Source: Octopus sinensis
Lineage: Eukaryota
Reading direction: 5' to 3'
Length of the DNA: 64,000 bases
Assembly (NCBI RefSeq): GCF_006345805.1
Contig: NC_042999.1
Span: 13,330,001-13,394,000, forward strand
The translations under genes were made by a program, and so were the position numbers. Under the pieces are notes generated by a model. It searched no databases. It saw only the letters and a list, made by a program, of their open reading frames with translations, and was not told the origin of the DNA. This document shows, one piece after another, positions 22,661 through 33,913 of this stretch (positions within the stretch are counted from its first letter, which is position 1; each line of letters starts with the position of its first letter).

Positions 22661-22979
22661 TTATTCAGGTTTTTTTCAAGATTTTTTTATCAATAGAGAA
22701 GGGGCCAGATTCTAACCTAGATCCAAGATACCTCCATTTGAATTTCAACAACATAAATAAGGTATTTTTGAATGTATGCATGTATGTATGTGCAGATTTG
22801 TATGTTTTATGCATGTATTCTCATGCATATAGTTACATACCTAGACATGCTCATATATATTTAAATGATAAACTTCTGGAAGGTTTTTCAGATTTTTACT
22901 GTCCCAGTGATTGAATGGAACTGTAGTCTTCCTGAAGGTCAGCAATAGTCTTCCTTGGTCACGAGTGGATGACCATCAT

Positions 22980-22983
22980 CATC

Positions 22984-23048
<65 letters not shown>

Positions 23049-23146
23049 ATATATATATATATATGTATATATTTATGTATATATATATATTTATGTATAT
23101 ATATATTTTTATGTATATATATGTATAAGTATATATATTATTTATG

Positions 23147-23240
<94 letters not shown>
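22980..23240. repeat. (TA)n microsatellite
   Basis: Direct reading. Confidence 0.9.
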
Positions 23241-23374
23241 TTGTTATATTTTTTTGATAGTAGGTTTGATTGGATGATGTCTATATTACAATATTACAAT
23301 AACCAATAATATGTTGTGCATGTATAGTAAGTAATATTAAGATCATGAAATTAGCATTAGCTTATCTCACTCTT

Positions 23375-23444
23375 TTTCAGGGAGCCCCTAAGAACCTTTT
23401 GCGGAACTCTAGGGTTCCGGGGAACTCCGATTGAAAAAACACGG
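23375..23444. mobile_element. hAT-type MITE terminus
   Basis: GCGGAACTCTAGGGTTCCGGGGAACTCCGATTGAAAAAACACGG resembles hAT ends of the CAGTGTTTTTCAA..GGTTCCGCGGAACCCTAGGGTTCC type. Confidence 0.5.
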
Positions 23445-23654
23445 GTCTAGAAGGTGGAAGGATAAACTCTATAACGGAATGGTTAAAGGGGAATAACACT
23501 GGTTAGCATAAATGTATCAGAAAGATGCGTGTGTTCAAGATAGCATCCGTAAGTTGTTCTGAAGATTAGACGTTTAGGATTTACGGTAGAAAGTTCTGGA
23601 AACCCAAAACTCACGAATGTATGGGACATTAAAAGGAGTATCTAATTGATCTAG

Positions 23655-23819
23655 TTTTTTGTTGCTTCCCAATCACATGGTTCCAGGTTCAGTCCCACTG
23701 CGTGGCACCTTGGACAAGTGTCTTCTATCATATCCCCGGGCCGGCCAAAGCCTTGTGAGTGATTCTGGTAGACGGAAACTGAAAGAAGCCCGACGTATGT
23801 AATTATGTATGTATGTATG

Positions 23820-23851
<32 letters not shown>

Positions 23852-24195
23852 TGTATGTGTGTATGTGTGTATGTATGTATGTGTGTGTATGTATGTATGT
23901 ATGTATGTATGTATGTATGTATGTATGTATGTATGTATGTATGTATGTATGTATGTGTGTATGTATGTATGTGTGTATGTGTGTATGTATGTATGTGTGT
24001 GTGTATGTATGTATGTATGTATGTATGTATGTATGTATGTATGTATGCATGCATGTATGTATTTATGTAATGCATGTGTGTCTTTGTGTCTGTGTTTGTC
24101 CCCCACAGCCGTTTGACAACCGGTGTTGGTGTGTTTAGGTCCCAGAAACACTAGTGATTCGGCAAAAGATACTGACAAAATATCTACTAGGCTTT
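23655..24195 (+). mobile_element. SINE B with expanded internal (TATG)n
   Basis: Head 23655-23797, about 270-bp microsatellite, then 3' half. Confidence 0.85.
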
Positions 24196-24316
24196 ACAAC
24201 AATAACAATAACAATGATGATGTAGCAAGCCTGCTATGCATACAAGATTCCAGGAGCTCAAAAAAAAAAAAACCCTGTGATAAAGAGAAATAATAATAAT
24301 GACAATAATAATAATA

Positions 24317-24379
<63 letters not shown>

Positions 24380-24380
<1 letters not shown>

Positions 24381-25253
24381 CGGGGACGTTTAAGATGTAA
24401 GAAGGAAAATACAGAGCTCCGAAATCTATCCACAAACATCGAAAACAAGGACACCCTATGGAGCCAAAGATTTACTAACAAAGAATTGGACTATATCCGA
24501 GTAAGTAATACGAATTGAAATTTATTACTATTTTCGAAACGAAATGATGTATTTTGACTCGATATTATCTCCACCTCTAATACAAACATGTAAACATGCG
24601 TGGAACACACGATCATCCCCGACCTCAAACACCATGTACAAAGGAACTACGAAGAAATTAAATCCACCGATACTATTCAACCCAAGAATAACAATCGAAC
24701 GGTACGTACATTAAACCTACACACAAAAATGTACGAAAAACTACACGTGCGAAATAATGTGACAACAGAAATAAACGGACCGGTACCCTACGAAAATGAC
24801 GACCGTCAAAACAATGGGCCGGACGTTGTACCTCATGTCCCGCAATAAAACCCAAAGACGTAAATGGACACGTGAGGAATACATTTCTATCTTACACGCA
24901 TACTTCACAGCAATGCTCTACCCACAAAATGAAAATACAACAACACATACATATAAAATATGGAAGGAAAATAATAGAGATATAGACTTGGATACAGCAA
25001 TGAACCCTCATAAATTAGCTAACGTACGAAGATAAAAAAATATTCAGACAAATACATAACAAAAACACCAGGACTTACAAACACATATAACATACAGAAA
25101 ATTGCACTACTAGGCACTGCACACATCCTACGCAGAACACTTTCCATACAATAACCATCAGAGCATCACGACAAATCACAGCACATACCCAAGGCACACA
25201 GAGCTGCGCTCGGTAGTGAAGTGAAAGCACGTTATAACAATAAAACTACTGAA
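24380..25253 (+). mobile_element. Internally deleted R4/Dong element (5' UTR and N-terminus fused to C-terminus and 3' UTR) inside (AAT)n
   Basis: RRKWTREEYISILHAYFTAM..KLANVRR joined at about 25031 to KKYSDKYITKTPGLTNTYNIQKIALLGTAHILRRTLSIQ*; (AAT)n on both flanks. Confidence 0.82.
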
Positions 25254-25255
25254 TG

Positions 25256-25318
<63 letters not shown>

Positions 25319-25539
25319 TTAATAATAACAATAATAATAATAATAATAAGTATGGGGATTTGATCGACTAAAACCCCTCAAGGTGGTGTCCCAGCATGGC
25401 TGCAATCAAATGACTGAAACAAGTTAGTGATATAAAATATGTAATTGACAGAAATACCACCAAAATTGGTCACTTCGTGGCACCAGATGACCGAAAGCAT
25501 TTTCTGTGATTTAATCTTTATCATTCTGTGTCTGTTGTA

Positions 25540-25760
25540 AGGCGGTGAGCTGACAAAATCGTTAGCATGCCGAACAAAATGCCTAGCGGCGTTTCGTCTG
25601 CCCTTTACATTCTGAGTTAAAATTCCGCCGAGTTCGACTTGGCCTTTCGTCCTTTCGAGCTTGATAAAATGGAGTATTAGTCAAGTACAGGGGTCGGTGT
25701 AATCGACTTCCCCACCCTCTAAAATTTGCTGGCCTTGTGCCAAAAGAAGAAAGGAATATT
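25540..25760 (+). mobile_element. SINE A, tail 2
   Basis: GGCGGTGAGCTGACAAAATCGTTAGC head; GCTGGCCTTGTGCCAAAAG tail. Confidence 0.78.
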
Positions 25761-25964
25761 CTGAGTCTATTGTATAAATGAAATATGTAAACGTAAGCGG
25801 TGGGGGAAGATAATTTATATCTGTGGGCAAAATGGAGTTATAGACAAAATGGCCGCGAATATCGTCTCGTCATCTGACACCACGTTTGAAGGAATGTTGC
25901 AAACGATAACTCAACGGGGACTGTTTGTTTGTAAAAACTCATTTGGTAAAAGATTAGAAAGTCT

Positions 25965-26370
25965 CTTTTACTCTTTTACACTTTTATTTGTTTCAGTCAT
26001 TTGACTGCAGCTATGCTGGAGTACCGCCTTTACTCGAGCAAATCGACCCCAGGACTTATTCTTTGTAAGCCTAGTACTTATTCTATCGGTCACTTTTGCC
26101 GAACCGCTAAGTTAAGGGGACGTAAACACACCAGCATTGGTTGTCAAGCGATGTTCGGGGGACAAATACAGACACACAAACACATGCACACACACACATA
26201 TATATATACATATATACGACGAGCTTCTTTCAGTTTTCGTCTACCAAATTCACTGACAAGGCTTTGGTCGGCCCGAGACTGTAGTAGAAGACACTTGTCC
26301 AGTGTGACTGAACCCGGAACCATGTGGTTGGTAAGCAAGCTACTTAGTACACAGCCACTCCTACGCCTGC
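25965..26370 (-). mobile_element. SINE B, full length
   Basis: Tail, 3' half, (CA)/(TA) insert and head all present. Confidence 0.88.
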
Positions 26371-26697
26371 CAGCAATTTGAAAGCCGTGCGATGCACAGA
26401 AGCGGTTGTATGTCATTTGATAAGCGAACGAGAATCGCAATTAGTGACGAGGGCGTTGATGGGCAATGTGGGTGTATAAATTAAATCTAAACACCCAAAG
26501 ATCCTTAGAACGAGAGATAGGTTACCACAAGAGAAAACATACTCAGACTTATTAGGAAAAATGAGTTGGGTAGCAAAATCTTCAACCCTTGATATATTGC
26601 TGTCACAGCATCCTAATTACATCAACGATCTCTACATAAACAATAAATTAGAGTTAGTAATAATAGTAATGCCAGTAGTAGTAGTAGTAGCAGTAGT

Positions 26698-26763
<66 letters not shown>

Positions 26764-26842
26764 CGAAAGGTTTGTATTGGTAAATGTACAGTCTTAAGGC
26801 GTATATTGTAATATGATAACGTCATATATGAATAAAACGACG

Positions 26843-26994
26843 TAGCTGCGTGGTAAGTAGCTTGCTTACCAATCACATGCTTCTGGGTTCAGTCACACTG
26901 CGTAGCGCCTTAGGCCAGTGTCTTCTACTATAGCCTCGGGCCGAGCAAAGCCTTGTGAGTGGATTAGGTTGACAGAAACTGAAAGAAGCTCGTC

Positions 26995-27037
<43 letters not shown>

Positions 27038-27248
27038 TGTGTGCGCGCGCGCGCGTTTGTTCCCCCCCCATCGCTTGACAACCGTTGTTATAGTGTTTAC
27101 GTCGCCGTATCTTAGCGGTTTGGCAAAAGGGAATGATAGAATAAGTACTAGGCTTACAAAGAATAAGACCTTGGCTAGAATTTGTTCGACTAAAGGCGGT
27201 GCTCCAGCATGGCCACAGTCAAATGACTGAAACAAATAAAATAATAAA
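26843..27248 (+). mobile_element. SINE B, full length
   Basis: Head, internal (TG)n, 3' half and tail. Confidence 0.88.
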
Positions 27249-27264
27249 AGAATTGGGGCAAGCT

Positions 27265-27420
27265 TTCACGTGTGGTTAATAAGCTCAGTCGACAAGCACA
27301 AAGTTTCGGGTTCAGTCCCACTGTGTGGCATCTTGGGCAAGTGTCTTCTACTATAGCCTCAGGGCCGACTAATAAAAACATTTTGAGTGAATTTGATCGA
27401 TGGAAACTGTGTGGAAGCGC
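27265..27420 (+). mobile_element. SINE B head
   Basis: GGGTTCAGTCCCACTGTGTGGCATCTTGGGCAAGTGTCTTC. Confidence 0.75.
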
Positions 27421-27659
27421 ATCGAATATATATATATATAGGAATAAAAAATGGAGTCAACGCAGGTTTAAACAAGTATTTTTTCTTTCTACATATGTTT
27501 CAAAAATTCCACTGATACTTATTCAAAAGAATAAAAGGTATAAACAATGCAATCTTCTCTTCGGGAAAGTGAAAAAACGAAACTTGTCAATACGACATTT
27601 TAGCAAAAAATGATGGATTCGTATAGCGATAGACAGAACGCTATTAATATATATATATA

Positions 27660-27826
27660 TGCTGGTGTGTTTACGTCCCCGTAACTTAGCTGTTCGGCCA
27701 AAAAGGCCGATAGAATAAGTACCAGGCTTACAAAGAATAAGTCCTGGGGTCAATTTGTTCGACTAAATGCGGTGTTCCAGCATGGTCGCAGGCAAATGAC
27801 TCAAATGCATGAAAGACTAAAAGAAT
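27660..27826 (+). mobile_element. SINE B 3' half
   Basis: GCTGGTGTGTTTACGTCCCCGTAACTTAGC...AAATGACTC. Confidence 0.8.
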
Positions 27827-27904
27827 ACTTTTAGAATAATGAAAAATTATTTTTCAGGAAAGCTTTTAACTGATATGCAGAAAACGAAAATTCAGTTTAC
27901 TTAT

Positions 27905-28335
27905 TAATAGTTATTGCCTTCGCACAGCTTCTAACGCTGGAGATGTACTACAGTGTCAGCTGTTCACTACCAGAGAACTAAGGTAACACCCCTTATTTTT
28001 CGAGCAACTTCCGGAGTATTCGAGCATTTCCAAGCAATGCTGTTTCCTGCATGTGCTCCACCCTTATTGCATCCCCGATTTGCTCCATGTACTTCTCAAG
28101 ATTTTTACTCCCTGTCCCCAGGGATCCGACAGTTATTGTTACTACCACCTTTTTCTTCGACCACAACTGCTTAACCTCCCAAGCTAACCTGTCATACCTC
28201 TCTACTTTTCTTTCTTCCTTATCACATAACTTGTCAGTTGGGCATGCTATATCTACGATCCAACGTCGTTTGGTTTCTTTTTCAATTAAGACTATGTCTG
28301 GCTTCCTATTCGAATTTTTTTTCCTGCTTAGAGAT
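27905..28335 (-). mobile_element. R4/Dong restriction-like endonuclease C-terminus and 3' UTR (distinct subfamily)
   Basis: RKPDIVLIEKETKRRWIVDIACP..ERKVERYDRLAWEVKQLW..VVTITVGSLG..TALLGNARILRKLLEK*. Confidence 0.85.
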
Positions 28336-28364
28336 AAATGTATTATCAATACATTTTTACAAGA

Positions 28365-28545
28365 AGGCGGCGAGCTGGCAGAAACGATAGCACGCCGGGC
28401 GAAATTCTCAGCGGTATTTCGTCTGCCGTTACGTTCCGAGTTCAAATTCCGCCGGAGTCGACTTTGCCAATCATCCTTTTGGGGTAGACTTTTCAACCTT
28501 TCGGGGTCGATTAAATAAGTACCAGTGAAGCACTGGGATCGATGA
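28365..28545 (+). mobile_element. SINE A, 3' truncated
   Basis: GGCGGCGAGCTGGCAGAAACGATAGC head and B-box. Confidence 0.82.
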
Positions 28546-29012
28546 AAGAGAGAAGACAGGAAAAGTTTAACATCGTGGACAGGATTCAAACCGTAAAACT
28601 GTAAGCTGTTGAAAACCGTAAAGCTGTGCTAATTAATATTAGAAGAGTGAGAACGGGAGAGAGAGAGAGGAAGAGATAGAGGGAGGGGAGGGAAATTCGA
28701 TACCTACCACATACCGATATCACTGCTGCAACGAAAAATAAACCCATCCAACCGATTAAAGGAAGGAGATTTTCTGAGAGTAGCAATCCAATAGTCGCTG
28801 TCATGGGTTGGAAAATAGATTTGCAGGAAAACAAAAGGGTAAATAAAAATAGATAAAAAAAATGAATAATTACAAGGGAAGAAACTCTGGAAAGACTGCT
28901 TACCTTAAAGATATCAAGGGAAGCAACTCAAAAGATGTTTGAATTTGGTTTGCATAATTCTTCACAAGAATACGTGTTGAATACAAATCTTGTGTCGTAG
29001 GAGCGTCATTTT

Positions 29013-29223
29013 GCCAATACCACACGCACCGATCCAGTTCCACTTCTTTATTGTTAGTCAATTGGTTGAATATTTAACTGACTAACAAATCGACCGTTTG
29101 TTTAATGTGTTGGTTAAACGATCGATCGCGAAACAAACAATCGATTTACTAGTTGGTAAGATATTTAACCAATTGGCTAATAATAAAGCAGTAGAATTGA
29201 ATCTGTGCGTGTGTTATTATTGG
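29013..29223. repeat. About 200-bp imperfect palindrome (MITE or fold-back)
   Basis: 29021-29103 is roughly the reverse complement of 29131-29213. Confidence 0.72.
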
Positions 29224-29289
29224 TGAAATTACTCTTCCAAGACAGAACTCCGACTGAAATGGAAGGAGTTGTTGAAATGCTATTACTGT

Positions 29290-29440
29290 AAGAAGAGCTT
29301 GACATAAATATTATAATCAACAGCGATCTGCTCTGGACGATCTCCATCTCTAAGATTATCGAGAGGGCCGAGGATATCTTAGCATCACTCAGTAAGATCT
29401 TTGTCAGCCGATATCCATCTATCAATTTAAAGTGTATATG
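29290..29440 (+). mobile_element. CR1-like RT fragment
   Basis: Reads ELDINIIINSDLLWTISISKIIERAEDILASLSKIFVSRYPSINLK. Confidence 0.55.
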
Positions 29441-29599
29441 ACTAAGCATTTCGCCCGGCGTGCTTACGTTTCTGCCAATGATAATTGTATACAGTGCTTG
29501 AGTGCACTACAACGCATCAAAAAACGTCCCCAAAACGGAAAGCAACGTGAGGTGGGGAAAGGGTTTCGGGAAAAAAATTAATAAACAAATCTGTGATTG

Positions 29600-29850
29600 A
29601 GATGGAATAGATCCTTAGCATCTTATAGTCATTGAGCTATGGCTATGCTGAGGCATTATCTGGAAGAATTAAGTGTAGCGAATCAACCTTAGGACATATT
29701 TTTTGAGAGCCGATATTTATTCTATCGGTTACTTATGCCGAACCGTTAAGTTGCGGTGACGTAAGCAAAACAACCCTGGTCGTCAAGCGGTGTGTGTGTG
29801 TATGTGTGTGCGTGCATGCAGAACAAACACAAGCACAAAGATACACACAC
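29600..29850 (-). mobile_element. SINE B 3' half, degenerate
   Basis: TTATTCTATCGG..GCCGAACCGTTAAGTTGCGGTGACGTAAGC. Confidence 0.62.
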
Positions 29851-30074
29851 ACACACACACACACATGTGAAAAGGTTGAATTATATTTCGTCCTTTAATT
29901 GGAGGGTCCCAAATTAATTATTTTACCATGAATTTGCATGTTTTAATATCGCTGTTTGAAACGATCGCATGCAATTATTAAAATTCTGTCAAATTTTAAC
30001 ATCTTCATTTTTAACAAATTTGTTGAGTTCTATGGGATACCTTTTCATAAATTCACGCATAACGCAATCATACA

Positions 30075-30081
30075 CAAGTAT

Positions 30082-30125
<44 letters not shown>

Positions 30126-30136
30126 GATATATATGT

Positions 30137-30173
<37 letters not shown>

Positions 30174-30392
30174 GTATATATATATATATGTGTGTGTGTG
30201 TGTATATATGTATATATGTATATAGATGTGTATATATATATACATACATATACATATATATATATATATACATATATATATATGCATATATATATATATA
30301 CATACATACAAACATACAAACATACATACATATATACATATATACATACATATATATATATATATATGTGTGTATGTATGTATGCATGTATA
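30075..30392. repeat. (TA)n/(CATA)n microsatellite
   Basis: Direct reading. Confidence 0.9.
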
Positions 30393-30775
30393 TACAAAAT
30401 ACAGTGTACATTTAAACACATTAAGAGGTATCCTTCATAGGACTCCCTTATGCTAGAAGGAACAGCTAAAGTTATAACCACTAATTAGGGATGAAATCTC
30501 GAATGGAATGAGAAATAAAAACATTTACCGTGGTCCAGGAAATAGATGGTAAATGTTTTTTCTTTTCATTCCCCTCGAGAATCTATCTCTAATTAGTGGT
30601 TTGAACTTTAGGTGTCCCTTCTAGAGTAAGGAAGTCCTATGAAGGATGCCTCTTAATGTGTTTAAATGTACACTCTATTTTGTATGAATAATATATAGTA
30701 TGACTAATTTCTTTTTTACGCTAGGCCACTGGCAGTAAAAATTTCAAAAATTTTATTACCCTGATATTATTGATT
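30393..30775. repeat. Fold-back element (arms 30393-30529 and 30548-30684) with 90-bp extension
   Basis: TACAAAATACAGTGTACATTTAAACACATTAAGAGG..ACATTTACC and its reverse complement; 18-nt loop. Confidence 0.85.
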
Positions 30776-30804
30776 ATGTATATATATATATGTATATATA
30801 TATA

Positions 30805-30876
<72 letters not shown>

Positions 30877-30885
30877 ATAATAATA

Positions 30886-31172
30886 AATATTAGGAATAAA
30901 TCCAAATTTACAGGGAAAAAATCAGATTGGATTAAATCCAATTTTATAGTAAAATATTATAAAATATTATTAGAGACAAAACCACTATTTTGCAAAACAA
31001 CAAGGAAAGACGAAAACTGACTTATTGGAAGTCCACCTGAAGATTGTCGATCAAGACAAGTAACAACTGTAGTGGCGGTTTTTTTGACTATTTATTAAAA
31101 TTTTATGTATTGATTAAGTTTTTCCTTGTTTGTTTTGCAAAATAGTGGTTTTGTCTCTAATAATATTTTATA
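30886..31172. repeat. Fold-back element (arms 30958-31010 and 31120-31172) with hammerhead motif in the spacer
   Basis: TTAGAGACAAAACCACTATTTTGCAAAAC and its reverse complement; homologous to 8044-8345. Confidence 0.82.
31033..31075 (+). ncRNA. Minimal type I hammerhead candidate with one core substitution
   Basis: CCAC-CTGAAGA-TTGTC-GATCAA-GACAA-GtAA-C-AACT-GTA-GTGG; A13 is T. Confidence 0.5.
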
Positions 31173-31454
31173 TATATATATATATAATATATATATATAT
31201 GTGTGTGTGTGTGTATGTGTGTGTGTGTGTGTGTGTGTTTTGTGTGTGTGGTGTGTGTATGTGTGTGTTGTGTGTGTGTGCGTGCGTGTGAAAAGGAACA
31301 CACGAAAGTCAAGGTAGAAAATGCTAAAATAATTTTATAAAATACATTTCAGTACCGGTTTCAGTCATCGAGACCTTTAATTAAAAGAAAAGTTTTTAAA
31401 AATAATATTTGCATAGTGTTCAAATACAAGTGACATTTTCCTTGTTTCTGCCTG

Positions 31455-31705
31455 TTTCTATCTCTCTTGTTTACTCTTTGGGCCCTCGAAGCCCAAGCTG
31501 TTGCACTATCTGGTCCTGTATTTTGATGGCGATACTGGTATCTTTGGCACTATGCAGTGGCGCCCCGTTCTGCATTTTTAGTAAATTTCAATGCCAAAGT
31601 TTGCTACAAAGGCTTCTAGAATTTTCCAGATGTAATCACTGCATCTCTCTCTCTCGCCTTCGTTCCACGGAGAAGAGTTTTAATTCTTTCAGTCTTTCCC
31701 AGTAG
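31455..31705 (-). mobile_element. CR1/L2-like RT C-terminal fragment
   Basis: YWERLKELKLFSVERRRER..VIYIWKILE; frameshifted. Confidence 0.7.
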
Positions 31706-32349
31706 CTAATACAATGACCTAACCGGTTTCACAATTTTCAGACACTGTTTTATTATATCGTTAGAGGCTGTTTTGTCTTAATATGCGGTTGCTTTTGGGT
31801 ACTTACTACAGAAAGGCCCAGAGAAACAGAAATACATGCTTTAGCAAAACCACCGCTGCAGCTGGAAGATTTTCGTCTGCTCCTGATATATTTCTTTTTT
31901 TTTTAACAATGTATGTCTATACGAGATGCTATCTCAGGGTGAATACCATAGTTAATTAGTTTCCCAACGATGTATCAAGTTTAAGTATGATAACCAGATT
32001 GCTGTAATAGTTATGAAAATAAGCCAAGAATTAGTAAGGTACCAGGAACACGAAATAGGTGGATTGCAAACGAAATAATAAACAACGGATACTAGTAGAT
32101 ATTTGTGATGTCTGATAATGTTTAGAAATACAAGAGGGAATCAGTCTCGGTAGGATTGCAGAAAAAGTAGTTAAAAGGGAACGAAATTAGAAAGGATAAC
32201 CTACTTACCTAATTACCTAATTACTTAATTGGCCATGTGTGAGAGTAAACAGATTTCAATACGAATTAAAATTGGAATCGGTTTATACATTTTCGAAGGA
32301 ATGGAGATGGTGGTGGTGCCTGGGACTAGATGGTCAGGTTGATCACAAC

Positions 32350-32355
32350 AAATAT

Positions 32356-32401
<46 letters not shown>

Positions 32402-32412
32402 ATCATCATCCG

Positions 32413-32461
<49 letters not shown>

Positions 32462-32498
32462 GTCATCGTCATCATCATCATCATCATCGTCGTCATCG

Positions 32499-32534
<36 letters not shown>

Positions 32535-32581
32535 GTCACTTCATCATCATCATCATCATCATCATCACCGCTGCCACCACC

Positions 32582-32640
<59 letters not shown>

Positions 32641-32670
32641 TATCATCATCATCATCAACATCATCATCAT
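32350..32670. repeat. (CAT)n/(CAC)n microsatellite
   Basis: Direct reading. Confidence 0.92.
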
Positions 32671-32910
32671 TGGTGAGCCGGCAGAACCGTTAGAACGCTG
32701 GGCACAATGCTTAACGGTATTTCGCCCGTCGCTACGTTCTGGGTTCAAATTCCGCCCAGGTCGACTTTGTCTTTCACCCTTTCGGGATCGATAAAATAAA
32801 AACCAGTTAAGTACTGGGGGGGGGGGGGGGTCGATGTGATCGACTTAACCCTTCCCCATAAATTTCAGGCCTTGTGCCTATAGTAGAAAGGATTATTATT
32901 ATTATTATTA
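32671..32910 (+). mobile_element. SINE A, tail 2, ending in (ATT)n
   Basis: CAGGCCTTGTGCCTATAGTAGAAAGGATTATTATT. Confidence 0.85.
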
Positions 32911-32912
32911 TT

Positions 32913-33135
32913 GAAGGCGGTGAGCTGGCAGAATCGTTAGCATGCTGGGCCAAATGCTTAACACCATTTAGTCTGTCTTTACGTTCTGAGTTCAAATTCT
33001 GCCGAGGTCGACTTTGCTTTGCATTTCATTCTTTCGGTGCCGGTACACTAGGTACCAGTGAAACTCTGGGGTCGATGTAATCGACTCATCCCGTCCCCCA
33101 AAATATATGGCAGCCCTTGCGACAAAATTTGAAGC
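32913..33135 (+). mobile_element. SINE A, tail 2, followed by long (TTA)n
   Basis: GAAGGCGGTGAGCTGGCAGAATCGTTAGC head. Confidence 0.8.
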
Positions 33136-33195
33136 CATTATTGTTATTATTATTATTATTGTTATTATTATTATTGTTATTATTATTATTATCAA

Positions 33196-33265
<70 letters not shown>

Positions 33266-33277
33266 TTATTATACATT

Positions 33278-33807
33278 ATTGAGTGAGAGAGCAGTACATG
33301 CCATCAAAGTGACGCTGGGGTAAAATATACGAAGCCCAGTATACCTATCATGACTACCCGTCTGATAAGGGTACATCAGGCACATGCATCACAACCATAT
33401 GTGCGCGACATGGCGATCTCATATCAAGATAAACAGTACATAACGTTGCAGGTGGGGTGAGTTAGAATTTTCTTCTGGTCGAGTAGCACATCCCGTTCAA
33501 AAGGTCCCTGAATAAGGATTGTTTAAGGATGTTGAACGAACCATCTATGTTTCCAAAGGTGAATTATCCAAACCTCTAAGAATTCCTTTCAACACACGGC
33601 TATTATGCTCCCCCACTACTTCTGCTCATGATCAAAGATGCACATATCGTCAGCCGCTAAGGGACATGCTCCACTGGTTAAGGTCAATCAACTGACAAGC
33701 AAATCTGTGGTATTGAGCAGAATATTTGCTGTAGCCCATCTTTTATACCAAGACAAAACAATGTACATGATAACATTGTTTTGTCCTGGTATAAAAAATG
33801 GGCTACA
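33278..33807. mobile_element. Unclassified 530-bp element between (TTA)n tracts with a terminal 35-bp hairpin
   Basis: Complex sequence bounded by (TTA)n; TGTAGCCCATCTTTTATACCAAGACAAAACAATGT / ACATTGTTTTGTCCTGGTATAAAAAATGGGCTACA. Confidence 0.55.
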
Positions 33808-33819
33808 TTATTATTATTA

Positions 33820-33850
<31 letters not shown>

Positions 33851-33867
33851 AATAATAATAATAATTA

Positions 33868-33904
<37 letters not shown>

Positions 33905-33913
<9 letters not shown>

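Noticed and set aside
22048-22914. Long ORFs of MYVC/HTYI/IYIY type here and at 7569, 9181, 23651, 30068, 37512, 46826, 51334, 56557 and 63052
   Set aside because: Translations of stop-free microsatellites, not genes.
24405-24480. HDV-like ribozyme in the Dong 5' UTR (GCTCC/GGAGC crossing AAATCT/AGATTT)
   Set aside because: No P3/L3, P1.1 or P4/J4-2 geometry.
27993-28589. 198-aa ORF as a single protein
   Set aside because: Chance read-through of SINE A into a Dong endonuclease fragment.
32239-32794. Poly-His/Ile/Met ORFs
   Set aside because: Artefacts of the (CAT)n repeat.
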